Position numbers and translations under genes: made by a program. Shown piece after piece: positions 1 to 10,558 of a stretch of 64,000 nucleotides of DNA. The DNA is from Gammaproteobacteria bacterium (GTDB lineage: Bacteria > Pseudomonadota > Gammaproteobacteria > GCA-001735895). The stretch lies in assembly GCA_041688005.1 (NCBI GenBank), contig JBDNJA010000210.1, positions 151 to 64,150 on the forward strand, written 5' to 3'. Numbering within the stretch: the first letter of the stretch is position 1; each line of letters starts with the position of its first letter. Under the pieces are notes generated by a model. That model worked only from the letters and a program-made list of their open reading frames with translations. It did no database searches and was not told the DNA's origin.

Positions 1-945
1 TAGGCGTGGAATTTCATTTTTAAGGTAGGGGTATAAATATGAAGACTTTAACTTCTCATTTTCATAAATACCGACCACTGACTGATTGGCACATGCATCA
101 ACCGCTAGAATTGACGGCCTAAGATGCCGAGTAATTGAAAGGACACAGGTTCCTCCGGGCATTAAGGTAGTTGCAGATTTATCTATAGCTTTTGAGGTTA
201 TGTGTTCTTCAGCTTCAATGATTGGAAAATTAGAAATTTCTCCTGAATTTAACCAAGGGATATTCCCACTCCAATATTCTGATACTTTAGTGGATGGAGT
301 TCCTCCAAGCTCAGAACAAAGAATATCTCCAACCTTAGCGCCTTCACACCCATCAGGGATTTCACGCTTTAGCACTTCGTTATAGACCATTTTACCACCC
401 GATGATTTATAGGGTTTACCGTTGGTATCGGGGAAGTCAAACTGCACAAACCAGTAGTCGTAAATGAGCTTGGCCATGGCTTCTAGCTCGGTGTTGATTT
501 TATTGTTAATTTCTATTTTTTTGTCTAGCGTTGCTAATACCTTTGAAATAACTACCTGATCATCATACCCAATATCCTGCAAGCCTATATTTGTTAAAAT
601 TGGCATTGTTAAAAACTTTGTCTGAGAACCTTGAGCTTTTTCTTTCAGCCTTTTTAATTCAATTTTCAAAGCATAATAAATGTAATCAATATCAATCCCA
701 TCTTTTGCAGTAAGAATGTATGTCCGCTGATAAGCATTAAATTTTCCGCTAAATCTATTTACATGGAAATTCCCATTCGCATTATTCCCTGCAACTAAAA
801 CAACATCGTCTTCAAATGCATACGAATCGATTTCGTCTGGAGATTTAGCACAAGTATAAAATCGATACTGCCCACCAGACACCGCTTGATTTGCATCCAA
901 TTTTCCTGTTGTAATATAACAAGCCCCTCCGACATTATTAATCAC
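1..945 (-). CDS. hsdS: Type I restriction-modification specificity subunit HsdS (partial; 3' end beyond window start)
   Basis: My own minus-strand translation is open from GTG at 945 (in-frame TGA at 958-960 upstream) to position 1. There are two target-recognition domains separated by a conserved spacer (..LDKKIEINNKINTELEAMAKLIYDYWF..). The second TRD has GGTPSTKVSEYWSGNIPW. It overlaps the hsdM stop by 8 nt. It is absent from the ORF track because no stop lies in the window. Confidence 0.8.
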   Translation of the reverse strand, partial: MINNVGGACYITTGKLDANQAVSGGQYRFYTCAKSPDEIDSYAFEDDVVLVAGNNANGNFHVNRFSGKFNAYQRTYILTAKDGIDIDYIYYALKIELKRLKEKAQGSQTKFLTMPILTNIGLQDIGYDDQVVISKVLATLDKKIEINNKINTELEAMAKLIYDYWFVQFDFPDTNGKPYKSSGGKMVYNEVLKREIPDGCEGAKVGDILCSELGGTPSTKVSEYWSGNIPWLNSGEISNFPIIEAEEHITSKAIDKSATTLMPGGTCVLSITRHLRPSILAVDACANQSVVGIYENEKLKSSYLYPYLKNEIPRL

Positions 946-2575
946 TAAACTGCAACCTCATCAATTGCTTTTTAATATCGCTCTCAATTTCAGTTGATTC
1001 CTGAAAAAGATCATCGAGGCTAGAAGAAAATGCGTGTAAATTTTTTTCAAACACCTCATTCGTAATATCGACATACTCAATCTTAACCTCAAAATACTGA
1101 CCAGCGCTCAGCGAATAATTCTTAGCCTGAATATCTTCATAACTAACCACCACTGAAAAATCATCAACCGCCTCTTTATTGTTAAAGGTACCGATAATTT
1201 GATCTTCTTCAACACGTGACAAAACAGTTTTCTGATTCTTACCCTCTTTGACTTTTTCTCCCAAATTGGAAGCATCAATCAGCACCACACCCTCTTGATT
1301 GGTTTTATCGATAAACAAAATCGAAACATTGGTGCCAGTATTGGCAAAAATATTGGAAGGCATACTAACCACACCCGCCAACATCTTTTCATCCACCAGT
1401 TTTTGGCGAATTTTTTTATCAATACCGCTTTGGGCAGTGATAAAGCCCGTAGGCACAACCACAGCCGCTTTGCCACCGTCTTTCAATGAATAGATAATGT
1501 GCTGTAGAAACATCAAATAGATGGCCATGGACTCTTTTTTCTTCGTCGGTACATTGGGGATTCCGGCAAAAAAACGGTCGTGGTTCTGCTTACTGTCTAG
1601 CTCTGCACTGAAGTCTGAAAAATCGAGTTTAAACGGCGGGTTGGAGACGATGTAATCGAATTTCTCCAGCTCTCCATTGGCCTGTTTGTGGTATGGCTCT
1701 AGTATGGTATTGCCTTTGATAATGTTGTGAATGGAGTGAACTAGATCATTGAGGATCAGGTTTAAGCGCAGCAAGCCCGATGATTTTTGTGAAATGTCTT
1801 GTGAGTAGAGAGTGCATTTGTCTTCTCCGATTTCGTGGGCAAGATTCATTAACAAGCTACCTGAACCTGCTGATGGATCGTAACAGGTGACATTCTCTAC
1901 TTTGCCTTGCTGTCCTTTCGGCACTAAACAACGCGCCATGACTTTTGAAACGGCATGGGGCGTGAAATACTCGGCATATGTACCACCACTGTTGGTGTTG
2001 TAGTCTTTGATCAGGTATTCAAAGATGGTGGCGTAGAAGTCAAACTTCTCGTGGAAGATATGCTCAAAACTGAAGCCAGTGAGTTTGTTGACGATGGCTT
2101 TGCAGAACTCATCACGATTGTCAGTAACGTAGCGACTCAGGCTCTCAAACAGGACAATTTTCTCGCCGCCATCAGTAAGCACCGAGAATATATCGCTGTT
2201 CTCTCTGGCGATGTCGGTTAGCGTATTATCGAAAATGTCAGCAAAGTTTGGCTGGTTCTGTTTGCCGAAAAGAGACGATATAAAGTGGTCGGGGCTGATA
2301 ACTGCGGTGCTTTCACTGAGTTGCATGATGAGCATTTCATAGTCATCTGCACTGAGGGCTTTTAGGGCATCTTCCCAGTTTTCGGCTTTGGCTATGCTTT
2401 CATCGAGTTGCTTAATCTCATGGACGAATTTGTCGTTTAGGAACTTATAGAGAAATACCTGTGTGATGATTTTGAATTCGTTGCCATCATTACCCAGGCC
2501 ATAGTTGGCGCAGACGCTTTTTAAGTCGTCGATTAATGCTTTGGTTTGTTGGGTGAATTGTTGTGTTTCGTTCAT
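938..2575 (-). CDS. hsdM: Type I R-M DNA methyltransferase subunit HsdM (N6-adenine)
   Basis: The 568-aa track ORF has the SNPPF catalytic motif and the DPSAGSGSLL AdoMet motif. The likely true start is MNETQQF at 2575, because the track start at 2644 would overlap yafQ. Confidence 0.9.
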   Translation of the reverse strand: MNETQQFTQQTKALIDDLKSVCANYGLGNDGNEFKIITQVFLYKFLNDKFVHEIKQLDESIAKAENWEDALKALSADDYEMLIMQLSESTAVISPDHFISSLFGKQNQPNFADIFDNTLTDIARENSDIFSVLTDGGEKIVLFESLSRYVTDNRDEFCKAIVNKLTGFSFEHIFHEKFDFYATIFEYLIKDYNTNSGGTYAEYFTPHAVSKVMARCLVPKGQQGKVENVTCYDPSAGSGSLLMNLAHEIGEDKCTLYSQDISQKSSGLLRLNLILNDLVHSIHNIIKGNTILEPYHKQANGELEKFDYIVSNPPFKLDFSDFSAELDSKQNHDRFFAGIPNVPTKKKESMAIYLMFLQHIIYSLKDGGKAAVVVPTGFITAQSGIDKKIRQKLVDEKMLAGVVSMPSNIFANTGTNVSILFIDKTNQEGVVLIDASNLGEKVKEGKNQKTVLSRVEEDQIIGTFNNKEAVDDFSVVVSYEDIQAKNYSLSAGQYFEVKIEYVDITNEVFEKNLHAFSSSLDDLFQESTEIESDIKKQLMRLQFSD

Positions 2576-2588
2576 GTGGGTTAATTCT

Positions 2589-2858
2589 TTATCCTTTAAA
2601 TAATTGGCTGTGTGTACCCAACCTGACCAGTTTAATGATGCCACTCTCTAGCTGGTAAATCACTAGTAAGTCGCCGCTGATATGAAATTCTCTGAAGTCA
2701 TCCCAGTCACCACTCAAACTATGGTCTTTAGCCTCAGTAGGTAATGCTTGTTGATTTGATAAGGTATGCAGGTAAGCGATAAATTTTGTGAAGTGCTTAT
2801 CGCTCATTTTTGCCTTGCTCAAATCTCTAACGAACGCCTTGGTTTGGACAAAGTTCAC
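2589..2858 (-). CDS. yafQ: YafQ-family (RelE/ParE superfamily) type II toxin
   Basis: 89 aa with the pattern DHSLSGDW..FREFHI..DLLVIYQ....I.LVRLGTHSQLF typical of YafQ. It overlaps the upstream antitoxin gene by 4 nt. Confidence 0.8.
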   Translation of the reverse strand: MNFVQTKAFVRDLSKAKMSDKHFTKFIAYLHTLSNQQALPTEAKDHSLSGDWDDFREFHISGDLLVIYQLESGIIKLVRLGTHSQLFKG

Positions 2859-3097
2859 CTTTTGACTTTGTTAATGTCGAGCGGCTCTAAATTAGTATTA
2901 TTTCGGGCCTCTTGCATTGCTTCAATTGTTTCGTCATTCGGCAGTTGCAGTGAAAAAGGTATGCCACGGTTTATTTTGATTTGCTCAAAAAACATGGTGA
3001 TGGCTTGCGTTGTGCTGATTCCAAGTTTAGATAAGATTTGTTCAACCTCGCCTTTTAGCTCTGGCCTTACTCTTGCGTTAATGATTGATGTTTTCAT
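2855..3097 (-). CDS. dinJ: DinJ/RelB-family antitoxin
   Basis: 80 aa with an N-terminal ribbon-helix-helix-like INARVRPELKGEVEQILSKLGISTTQAITMF. It lies directly upstream of yafQ. Confidence 0.8.
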   Translation of the reverse strand: MKTSIINARVRPELKGEVEQILSKLGISTTQAITMFFEQIKINRGIPFSLQLPNDETIEAMQEARNNTNLEPLDINKVKR

Positions 3098-3111
3098 GGG
3101 GCATCTCCAAA

Positions 3112-3158
3112 TGTGTTACGTTTGAAATACAATTCTAGCGTATATCAAATGTAACACA
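3112..3158. promoter_or_regulatory. Candidate dinJ-yafQ operator (14-bp inverted repeat)
   Basis: TGTGTTACGTTTGA (3112-3125) and TCAAATGTAACACA (3145-3158) match 13/14 as an inverted repeat with a 19-bp spacer. The site begins 15 bp upstream of the dinJ start. Confidence 0.5.
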
Positions 3159-3406
3159 AGCATTTATGCCGCAAAACCATGATATTCATTCATATATTCT
3201 TTTACAAGTACAGACCTCAACACTTTACCTAAATAATGAGCCTAAGAGCCAATGCTGACGCCAATAAACCAAAAGTTGGACAAACTGAGAGAATTAATCA
3301 TAACAGTATATTGGACATATATAAATTAAATGGCAATAAAAACAACGATATAGCTATATTTAGCAAATAATCATGCTTAATAGGCTCGTCTAGACTAAGT
3401 TAGCGA

Positions 3407-6400
3407 TTAGTAAAAGTGTCCAAAAATGATGGTGTTTTTAGACCAAATTGTTGAGGTCTGAAGTAGGCTATTAATTCGTTTTGTTGTCGATGGCGTTAAA
3501 GGCAGTTTTTGTTTCGTTTTAAATTGCTCAATTACCAAACGGCTCACCATTTTTTCTACGAAATTTTCGTTGTCGAGCATTTTAGCGTTCTGTTCAATTT
3601 GTTTGTCCACTTCAGTTTTTAAGCCTTTCAGGGTTTCAAACAGTTTGCTCTCACTATCGGTGAGCGGGTCTTTCTCCATTAGCCGTTTGTGTAAGCGAGC
3701 ATATTTTTCATCGTTGTCATACTTGGCTTTTAATAACTGATTTTTGCGTTCCAGCTCTTTGGCCTTGCTGTAAATATCGTTTAGGGCTTTGATGTTGCTT
3801 TCCATCTGCTCTTTGGACACTTCGTTGAGTTTTTTCTTTTTGAAGAGCCGCTCCAGTTCTTCTTTGAGTGAGACAAATTCGGGATCTTTCGGGTCAAAGT
3901 TGCCACCCAGGGCTTCGCGCGTTTTTTGCAGAGTATCTTTTAGCTGGTCGGCAATCACCATCTCTTCTTCTTTAATTTTGGTGAAGGCAAAGATAACGTC
4001 TTCGAGCGCGACATTCAGTAAGTTGGTTGTGTCTACACTGCTTTCTAGTGCTTCTTTGGTGTTGATGAGACCCAGACGATCGTTAGCCATTCTTGATAAT
4101 TTGGTGAGCGCCTGAAAGTCGAGCTTTTCTAGCATTTCGTAATCACCCGATAGACGGATGAGGTTATAAAGGCTTTTAGCATTATTTAGTGTATGGGTGA
4201 TTTTTAACATGTCACCACGGGAATCAATTTGGCTGATTTGCTCGGAAAAAGTTTCCAGATTGTTGGTGTCGAAATGGGCAAGGGTTTCCTTAATTTCTTG
4301 GATTTCTTGTTCTATTTCTGGTCGTGACTTAAACAGGTTGCTGTAGTGCTGGAGTTCATCACCTAGTTCTGACTGCAGTTCTTTAAAGTAGTCCTGGTTG
4401 GTCTTTTCAAACTCTTGTTCTATATCGGCAAAATCAACGACATAGCCATAGCTAAAGTTTTTGTAAGTTCGATTCACGCGGGTGAGAGTTTGCAATAAGT
4501 TATGCGCTTTTATGACGCGGCCTATGTATAGCTTTTTTAGTCGTGGCGCATCAAACCCAGTCAGTAGCATGTTAAAAACAAACAGGAGGTCGATTTTGCC
4601 CTCTTTAAAGTCATCCACTTGCTGTTTACGCTCTGATTTAGTGCCTATGTCATGCAGTATTACAGCGGCGGTGTTTATCTCGCTGCTTTGTTTCTTTGTG
4701 GCGTTATAGCTAAGACTTGGTTCCGCCACCATGTCGAGGATCAGAGGCGTTTGTTTGGCGTATTGCTGTTGAAACACTTCGTACATCATTTTGGCTTGAT
4801 CGGCTGAGTCACAAACCACCATGCCACCGATAGTGTTGTTGTTCATGGTGATACGGGCTTGCTCAAAGTCTTTGACGATGTAATCCAGCATTGGCTCAAC
4901 AAATTTTGAATGCGCATAGACCACTTTTTTGTCGGCATTACCTTTCAGTATTTCGATTTCTCCAAGGGCTTTTTGCAGGGTGAGCTTGTAGCTAGTTTCG
5001 ATCTCTTCTCGGATCAATCGCAGGGTGTAACCGTCTTTAATCGATGAGTTGTAGTAATACTTGTGGATGTAACCACCAAAGAGCGATTTGGAGTTGTAGG
5101 TTTCACCCAACAACGGTGTTCCCGTTAAACCAATTTTAATTGAGTTACGGTCTGATTGCTCCAGGTTGGCCAGAAAGCTCCCTTGCGGGTTATAGCTGCG
5201 ATGTACTTCATCCAAAAAGAAGACACGTTGAACATTCAGGTTGTAATCGCTGTTTTTAGTCACCGCTGGATCGTCTTCGAACTTTTGGATGTTGACGACA
5301 GTGATCTCTGCCTTGCCTGAACTGTTGTGTATGGCTGCTGTTTGTTTGATGTCTCTGGCGAAGGCTTCCCGTGAGTCAATGTTATGAACCAATAAGCCAC
5401 GTGATTTGAACTCTTTACTGGCTTGAATTAGCAAATCTATTCTGTCCACAATAAAGTAGAACTTGGCAATCACGCTTTTCTTTTGGAAGTAATCAGTCAG
5501 GTATTTGACGTTGTAGAACGCCAACGCTGTTTTTCCGCTGCCTTGCGTGTGCCAGATAATGCCTTTTTTGACGCCCTCTTCTAGCTTTTGCTCTATGGCT
5601 TTAGTGGCGAACATCTGCGGATAACGCATGATGTGCTTTTGCAAACCGGTACGTTCTTTGACGTATGTCAGGGCGTACTCCAGCACAAACGCCAAACGCT
5701 CGCGCTGAAATAGCGAGGTACAAATTCGGTTTGTGGGCGAGTCGGGTTTTTTGTTCTTGGCAAATTCTGGTGATTGTTTGATGCTCTGCAAGTTGTTGTC
5801 TTTCAGTACGGTGGTTTCACCAGCATCATCAACCGTAGCGAGTAAGGAATTCAAATCAAATTCTTGCTCTTCACGAAAATAGTTAAAGCCTGGTTTTTGG
5901 TATGACGTGGTGGCATAAAAAGCGCCTTCGATTGGCATCGGTGAACTATCGTCATATTCCATGTTGTTCGAGAACACCATCAACTGGGTTAAGTTGACGA
6001 ACTTCCTAAACTTCTTATTTTGAAAGCGGGTTTGAATACGTTTGTGCTCTGCCAATATGCCATCTTGATTGTTAGGCTTTTTGACCTCAATAAAGACAAG
6101 CGGCATACCGTTGATTAGCAGAATGATATCTGGCCGGAATTCTTCGTCATCCTTTTTGTAAGTCAGTTCGGTTACAACATTAAAGGTGTTGTTGTTGAAG
6201 TCTTCAAAGTCAATTAAGCGAATGCCTGATTTGTCGGTGAGTTTCTCATAGAATGCTCTACCAAGATCTTCATTTTCCAGACTAAGTGATACTTCATCAA
6301 AACATTGCCTGGCATCCAGATCGCTGACTGTTGGATTTATGCGCTTGATGCTTTCGTAGAATATGTCCGTAAAAATGTTAGTTGACTCATCCCATGTAAT

Positions 6401-6493
6401 CTTTGAATCTTTTAGAGACAGGTAGTCATAACCCAAACGCATTAAGTGCAGGATAGTTGGGATTTTTACTCGTGAATCTTCGTTGAACTTCAT
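3407..6493 (-). CDS. hsdR: Type I restriction enzyme R subunit HsdR
   Basis: 1028 aa with helicase motif I TQGSGKT and motif II DEVHRS, plus an N-terminal nuclease-like region and a long coiled C-terminus. Confidence 0.9.
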   Translation of the reverse strand: MKFNEDSRVKIPTILHLMRLGYDYLSLKDSKITWDESTNIFTDIFYESIKRINPTVSDLDARQCFDEVSLSLENEDLGRAFYEKLTDKSGIRLIDFEDFNNNTFNVVTELTYKKDDEEFRPDIILLINGMPLVFIEVKKPNNQDGILAEHKRIQTRFQNKKFRKFVNLTQLMVFSNNMEYDDSSPMPIEGAFYATTSYQKPGFNYFREEQEFDLNSLLATVDDAGETTVLKDNNLQSIKQSPEFAKNKKPDSPTNRICTSLFQRERLAFVLEYALTYVKERTGLQKHIMRYPQMFATKAIEQKLEEGVKKGIIWHTQGSGKTALAFYNVKYLTDYFQKKSVIAKFYFIVDRIDLLIQASKEFKSRGLLVHNIDSREAFARDIKQTAAIHNSSGKAEITVVNIQKFEDDPAVTKNSDYNLNVQRVFFLDEVHRSYNPQGSFLANLEQSDRNSIKIGLTGTPLLGETYNSKSLFGGYIHKYYYNSSIKDGYTLRLIREEIETSYKLTLQKALGEIEILKGNADKKVVYAHSKFVEPMLDYIVKDFEQARITMNNNTIGGMVVCDSADQAKMMYEVFQQQYAKQTPLILDMVAEPSLSYNATKKQSSEINTAAVILHDIGTKSERKQQVDDFKEGKIDLLFVFNMLLTGFDAPRLKKLYIGRVIKAHNLLQTLTRVNRTYKNFSYGYVVDFADIEQEFEKTNQDYFKELQSELGDELQHYSNLFKSRPEIEQEIQEIKETLAHFDTNNLETFSEQISQIDSRGDMLKITHTLNNAKSLYNLIRLSGDYEMLEKLDFQALTKLSRMANDRLGLINTKEALESSVDTTNLLNVALEDVIFAFTKIKEEEMVIADQLKDTLQKTREALGGNFDPKDPEFVSLKEELERLFKKKKLNEVSKEQMESNIKALNDIYSKAKELERKNQLLKAKYDNDEKYARLHKRLMEKDPLTDSESKLFETLKGLKTEVDKQIEQNAKMLDNENFVEKMVSRLVIEQFKTKQKLPLTPSTTKRINSLLQTSTIWSKNTIIFGHFY

Positions 6494-6614
6494 ATTTTAA
6501 AATATTCTTCCATGCCTGAATTGTCCTTGCATCATGTGACACATTCACTTTAGCGCATATAGATGCTTCAGTTATACAGTACATTACTTTTGTAGCAATT
6601 TTTTTCGGTGGCAT
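6426..6614 (-). CDS. Possible small HTH protein (excisionase/AlpA-like); uncertain
   Basis: This is part of track ORF 6426..6680. From MPPKK.. it contains ITEASICAKVNVSHDARTIQAWKN, resembling an HTH_17/AlpA pattern (T.E.a....VS..TI..W). It sits between int and hsdR but overlaps the hsdR start by 68 nt in another frame. Confidence 0.25.
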   Translation of the reverse strand: MPPKKIATKVMYCITEASICAKVNVSHDARTIQAWKNILKYEVQRRFTSKNPNYPALNAFGL

Positions 6615-6811
6615 GAATAGTACCGGATTTGTATATTGGCTTATAGTTAGGCTTTGCTGTGAATCAACCAAACACAACAAATTACTTTTAGATTACATTG
6701 GAACCTTGAGGTATTTTAAAGAGTGACTTTATATTTTAGTAACACTGTTAGTAACATCATAAAAAATTAACAATAATTACTTCGTTGTTAATCAATAAGT
6801 TAATAGCTCTG

Positions 6812-8041
6812 TTATATTCCATACGCCCCTATCGACACCACATCAGCACCATCACGCACCGCTTCGAGATAGTCAGCCCAACTCTGCATCATCCTGCTTC
6901 GCTCAGATAGATAGATCGATCTGTTATAAGCTCTAGATGTTGCTGTTCCAGTCAGGTGTGCCAACTGAGCTTCGATAACCTCTGGCTGCCATCCCTGCTC
7001 ATGCAGGATCGTGGATGCTGTAGCCCTGAAGCCATGAGCTGACATCACATCGGCTTTATAACCCAAAGCTCTTAGTAAATTGGTCATGACATTTTTTGAT
7101 AGTGGTTTTCCAGAGTCACGTTCATTGGGGAATACATACGGTGAGTAACCTGTTATCTCTCGAACTGACTGTAGGTGAGTTATAACTTGATCAGCCAATG
7201 GAACTAGATGTTCTCTACCTCGTTTCATATCTTCAGCGGGAATGATTAGCAGTTTTTGTTCAAAGTCGATGTAATCCCAGCAGAGGCTTCTAATCTCTCC
7301 AGGCCTCAGGAATAATCTTGGAATTAGCTTTAAAGCCTCAATAGTGCAATAGCTGCCTAAACTCGAATTATCGATATCTCGGATTAATTGACCTAAGTCT
7401 TTTGGCCGAGTAACTGCCGCACGATGTACAACCTGTGGCATAGGTTTGAGAATATCACCGAGGGGTAAGCCTTGAGCGGGATTGCTACGTGTGAATCTGT
7501 GAGCGAGTGCATAACCGAAGATACGGTTAATCACCGAGAGGATTATCGGGGCTTTCCGAGGATGCCCTCCTGCTTCAATTGACAACATAAGCGCTGTGAT
7601 ATGACCCTGATCGATAGCATCTACCGATAATTTACCAACGGACGTCAACTCTTGCTCAATCCATCGCTTGACCTTTTGAGCATGATCAGAAGACCAAGAG
7701 GACTCTTGCTGCTCCCACCAAGCTAATGCAACCATTTTAAAGGTTCGCCCTGTTGTGTCAGTTTCACGCTTTCTGGAGCGCCGTTCTAATGTAGGGTTAA
7801 TACCTTGTACCAGAAGGGCACGGGCTTGAGCGGCCATGTTTCGAGCTTCAATGAGGGGTATCGTCGGGTACTGACCCAAAGCCAGTTCCTGATACTTCCC
7901 AGCGTATCGATATCGCATACGCCACAACTTTTATCCACTGCTTTTCACCAGTAAATACAAGCTGTTACCGTCACTCCTCTTGATTTGTTTTTGACCTTCA
8001 GGACAGGTCAGCTTCTTCACTTCCATTGCTGTTAATGCCAT
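6812..8041 (-). pseudogene. int: P4-type tyrosine integrase interrupted by one in-frame TAA
   Basis: Track ORF 6812..7927 (TTG start) has HGFRATAS..H..Y catalytic residues. My translation upstream in the same frame gives MALTAMEVKKLTCPEGQKQIKRSDGNSLYLLVKSSG-TAA(7931-7933)-KLWRMRYRYAGK, which is the normal N-terminus of this family. Confidence 0.85.
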
Positions 8042-8050
8042 CACACCACC

Positions 8051-8141
8051 TAATGAGGGGTATCGACAGAAGCACAAGTAGGGGTATCACAGTCAAATAA
8101 TGCAAAAATTAAGCCTGTGATTCATACGATACCCCTCATTA
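8051..8141. promoter_or_regulatory. Three GGGGTATC-containing sites upstream of int (candidate arm-type/regulatory sites)
   Basis: TAATGAGGGGTATCG at 8051-8065 has an exact inverted copy at 8127-8141. A third GTAGGGGTATCA lies at 8078-8089. Confidence 0.45.
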
Positions 8142-8202
8142 ACCCCCAAATACCCTGCGATTTAATGGGACAGTATAAGACTAAATGAGACTAACAAGCA
8201 AT

Positions 8203-8233
8203 AAAAAAGCCCGCAAACACTAGATTTACGGGC
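8203..8233 (-). terminator. Rho-independent terminator of groEL
   Basis: The minus strand reads GCCCGTAAA-tctagtg-TTTGCGGGC followed by TTTTTT, 35 nt after the groEL stop. Confidence 0.8.
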
Positions 8234-8267
8234 TTTTATGGTACTACTTGGGATTGAAGCAGGAAGC

Positions 8268-9932
<1,665 letters not shown>

Positions 9933-9948
9933 TTAGCCTCTAGTGTAA

Positions 9949-10236
9949 TTATTCAACAATCGCGATGATGTCATCTTCGCGCATGATAAGCAGTTCTTCG
10001 CCGTCTACTTTCAGCTCGGTGCCGGCATACTTGCCGAAATAAACAACATCACCAACTTTTACGTCTAACGCACGAACGTCACCAGAGTCTGTGATCTTGC
10101 CATTACCAACAGCAAGCACTTCACCAATACTTGGCTTTTCTGCTGCTGAATCAGGAATGACGATACCGCCAGCTGTAGTACGCTCTTCTTCCTTACGTCT
10201 GACGACCAGACGATCATGCAAGGGACGAATATTCAT
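9949..10236 (-). CDS. groS: Co-chaperonin GroES
   Basis: 95 aa starting [14 protein letters not shown]; typical GroES. Confidence 0.98.
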   Translation of the reverse strand: MNIRPLHDRLVVRRKEEERTTAGGIVIPDSAAEKPSIGEVLAVGNGKITDSGDVRALDVKVGDVVYFGKYAGTELKVDGEELLIMREDDIIAIVE

Positions 10237-10314
10237 TTTGCTATTCTCCTAAAGTTTTATGATTTAAAAATACCCTTCTAGCCTACGAGCTAGCCGGTTA
10301 GAATTTCCTGTGAG

Positions 10315-10341
10315 TTAGCACTCTCAACAAGCGAGTGCCAA
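10315..10341. promoter_or_regulatory. CIRCE element (HrcA operator)
   Basis: TTAGCACTC-tcaacaagc-GAGTGCCAA compared with consensus TTAGCACTC-N9-GAGTGCTAA gives one mismatch. It lies between the predicted promoter and the groES start. Confidence 0.8.
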
Positions 10342-10371
10342 TAATAGTCAGCAGTCTTTCTTAGTCAAGGG

Positions 10372-10400
10372 ATATGGGGGATAAAATGAAGAGTTTCAAG
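10372..10400 (-). promoter_or_regulatory. Sigma-32 (RpoH) type promoter of groESL
   Basis: The minus strand reads CTTGAAA (10400-10394), a 13/14-nt spacer, then CCCCCATAT (10380-10372). This matches CTTGAAA-N13-14-CCCCATNT. Confidence 0.75.
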
Positions 10401-10525
10401 CCACTTGTGAAAAATAAATATTTGAAGACGATTTGAAACATAGAACCCGGCTGGACTGCCAGGAGATGCCAGTCAACGATGGCTAAATTGAAAGCATATA
10501 AGTTGTAAGGATAGGAACCGAACTA

Positions 10526-10558
10526 TAAAATATTCGTTAGGAGTCAAACAGACTCCTA
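10526..10558 (-). terminator. Probable terminator after fxsA
   Basis: The minus strand forms TAGGAGTC-tgttt-GACTCCTA, overlapping the stop codon, followed by a T-rich tract cgaatattttat. Confidence 0.45.

Noticed and set aside
86-385. 99-aa + strand ORF at the window start
   Set aside because: It lies antisense within the clearly coding hsdS frame and has no recognisable motif.
8042-8267. tRNA/tmRNA attachment site next to the integrase
   Set aside because: I could not find acceptor/T-arm-like sequence (no GTTCGAATC-type T-loop with flanking stem). This needs tRNAscan/Infernal to be certain.
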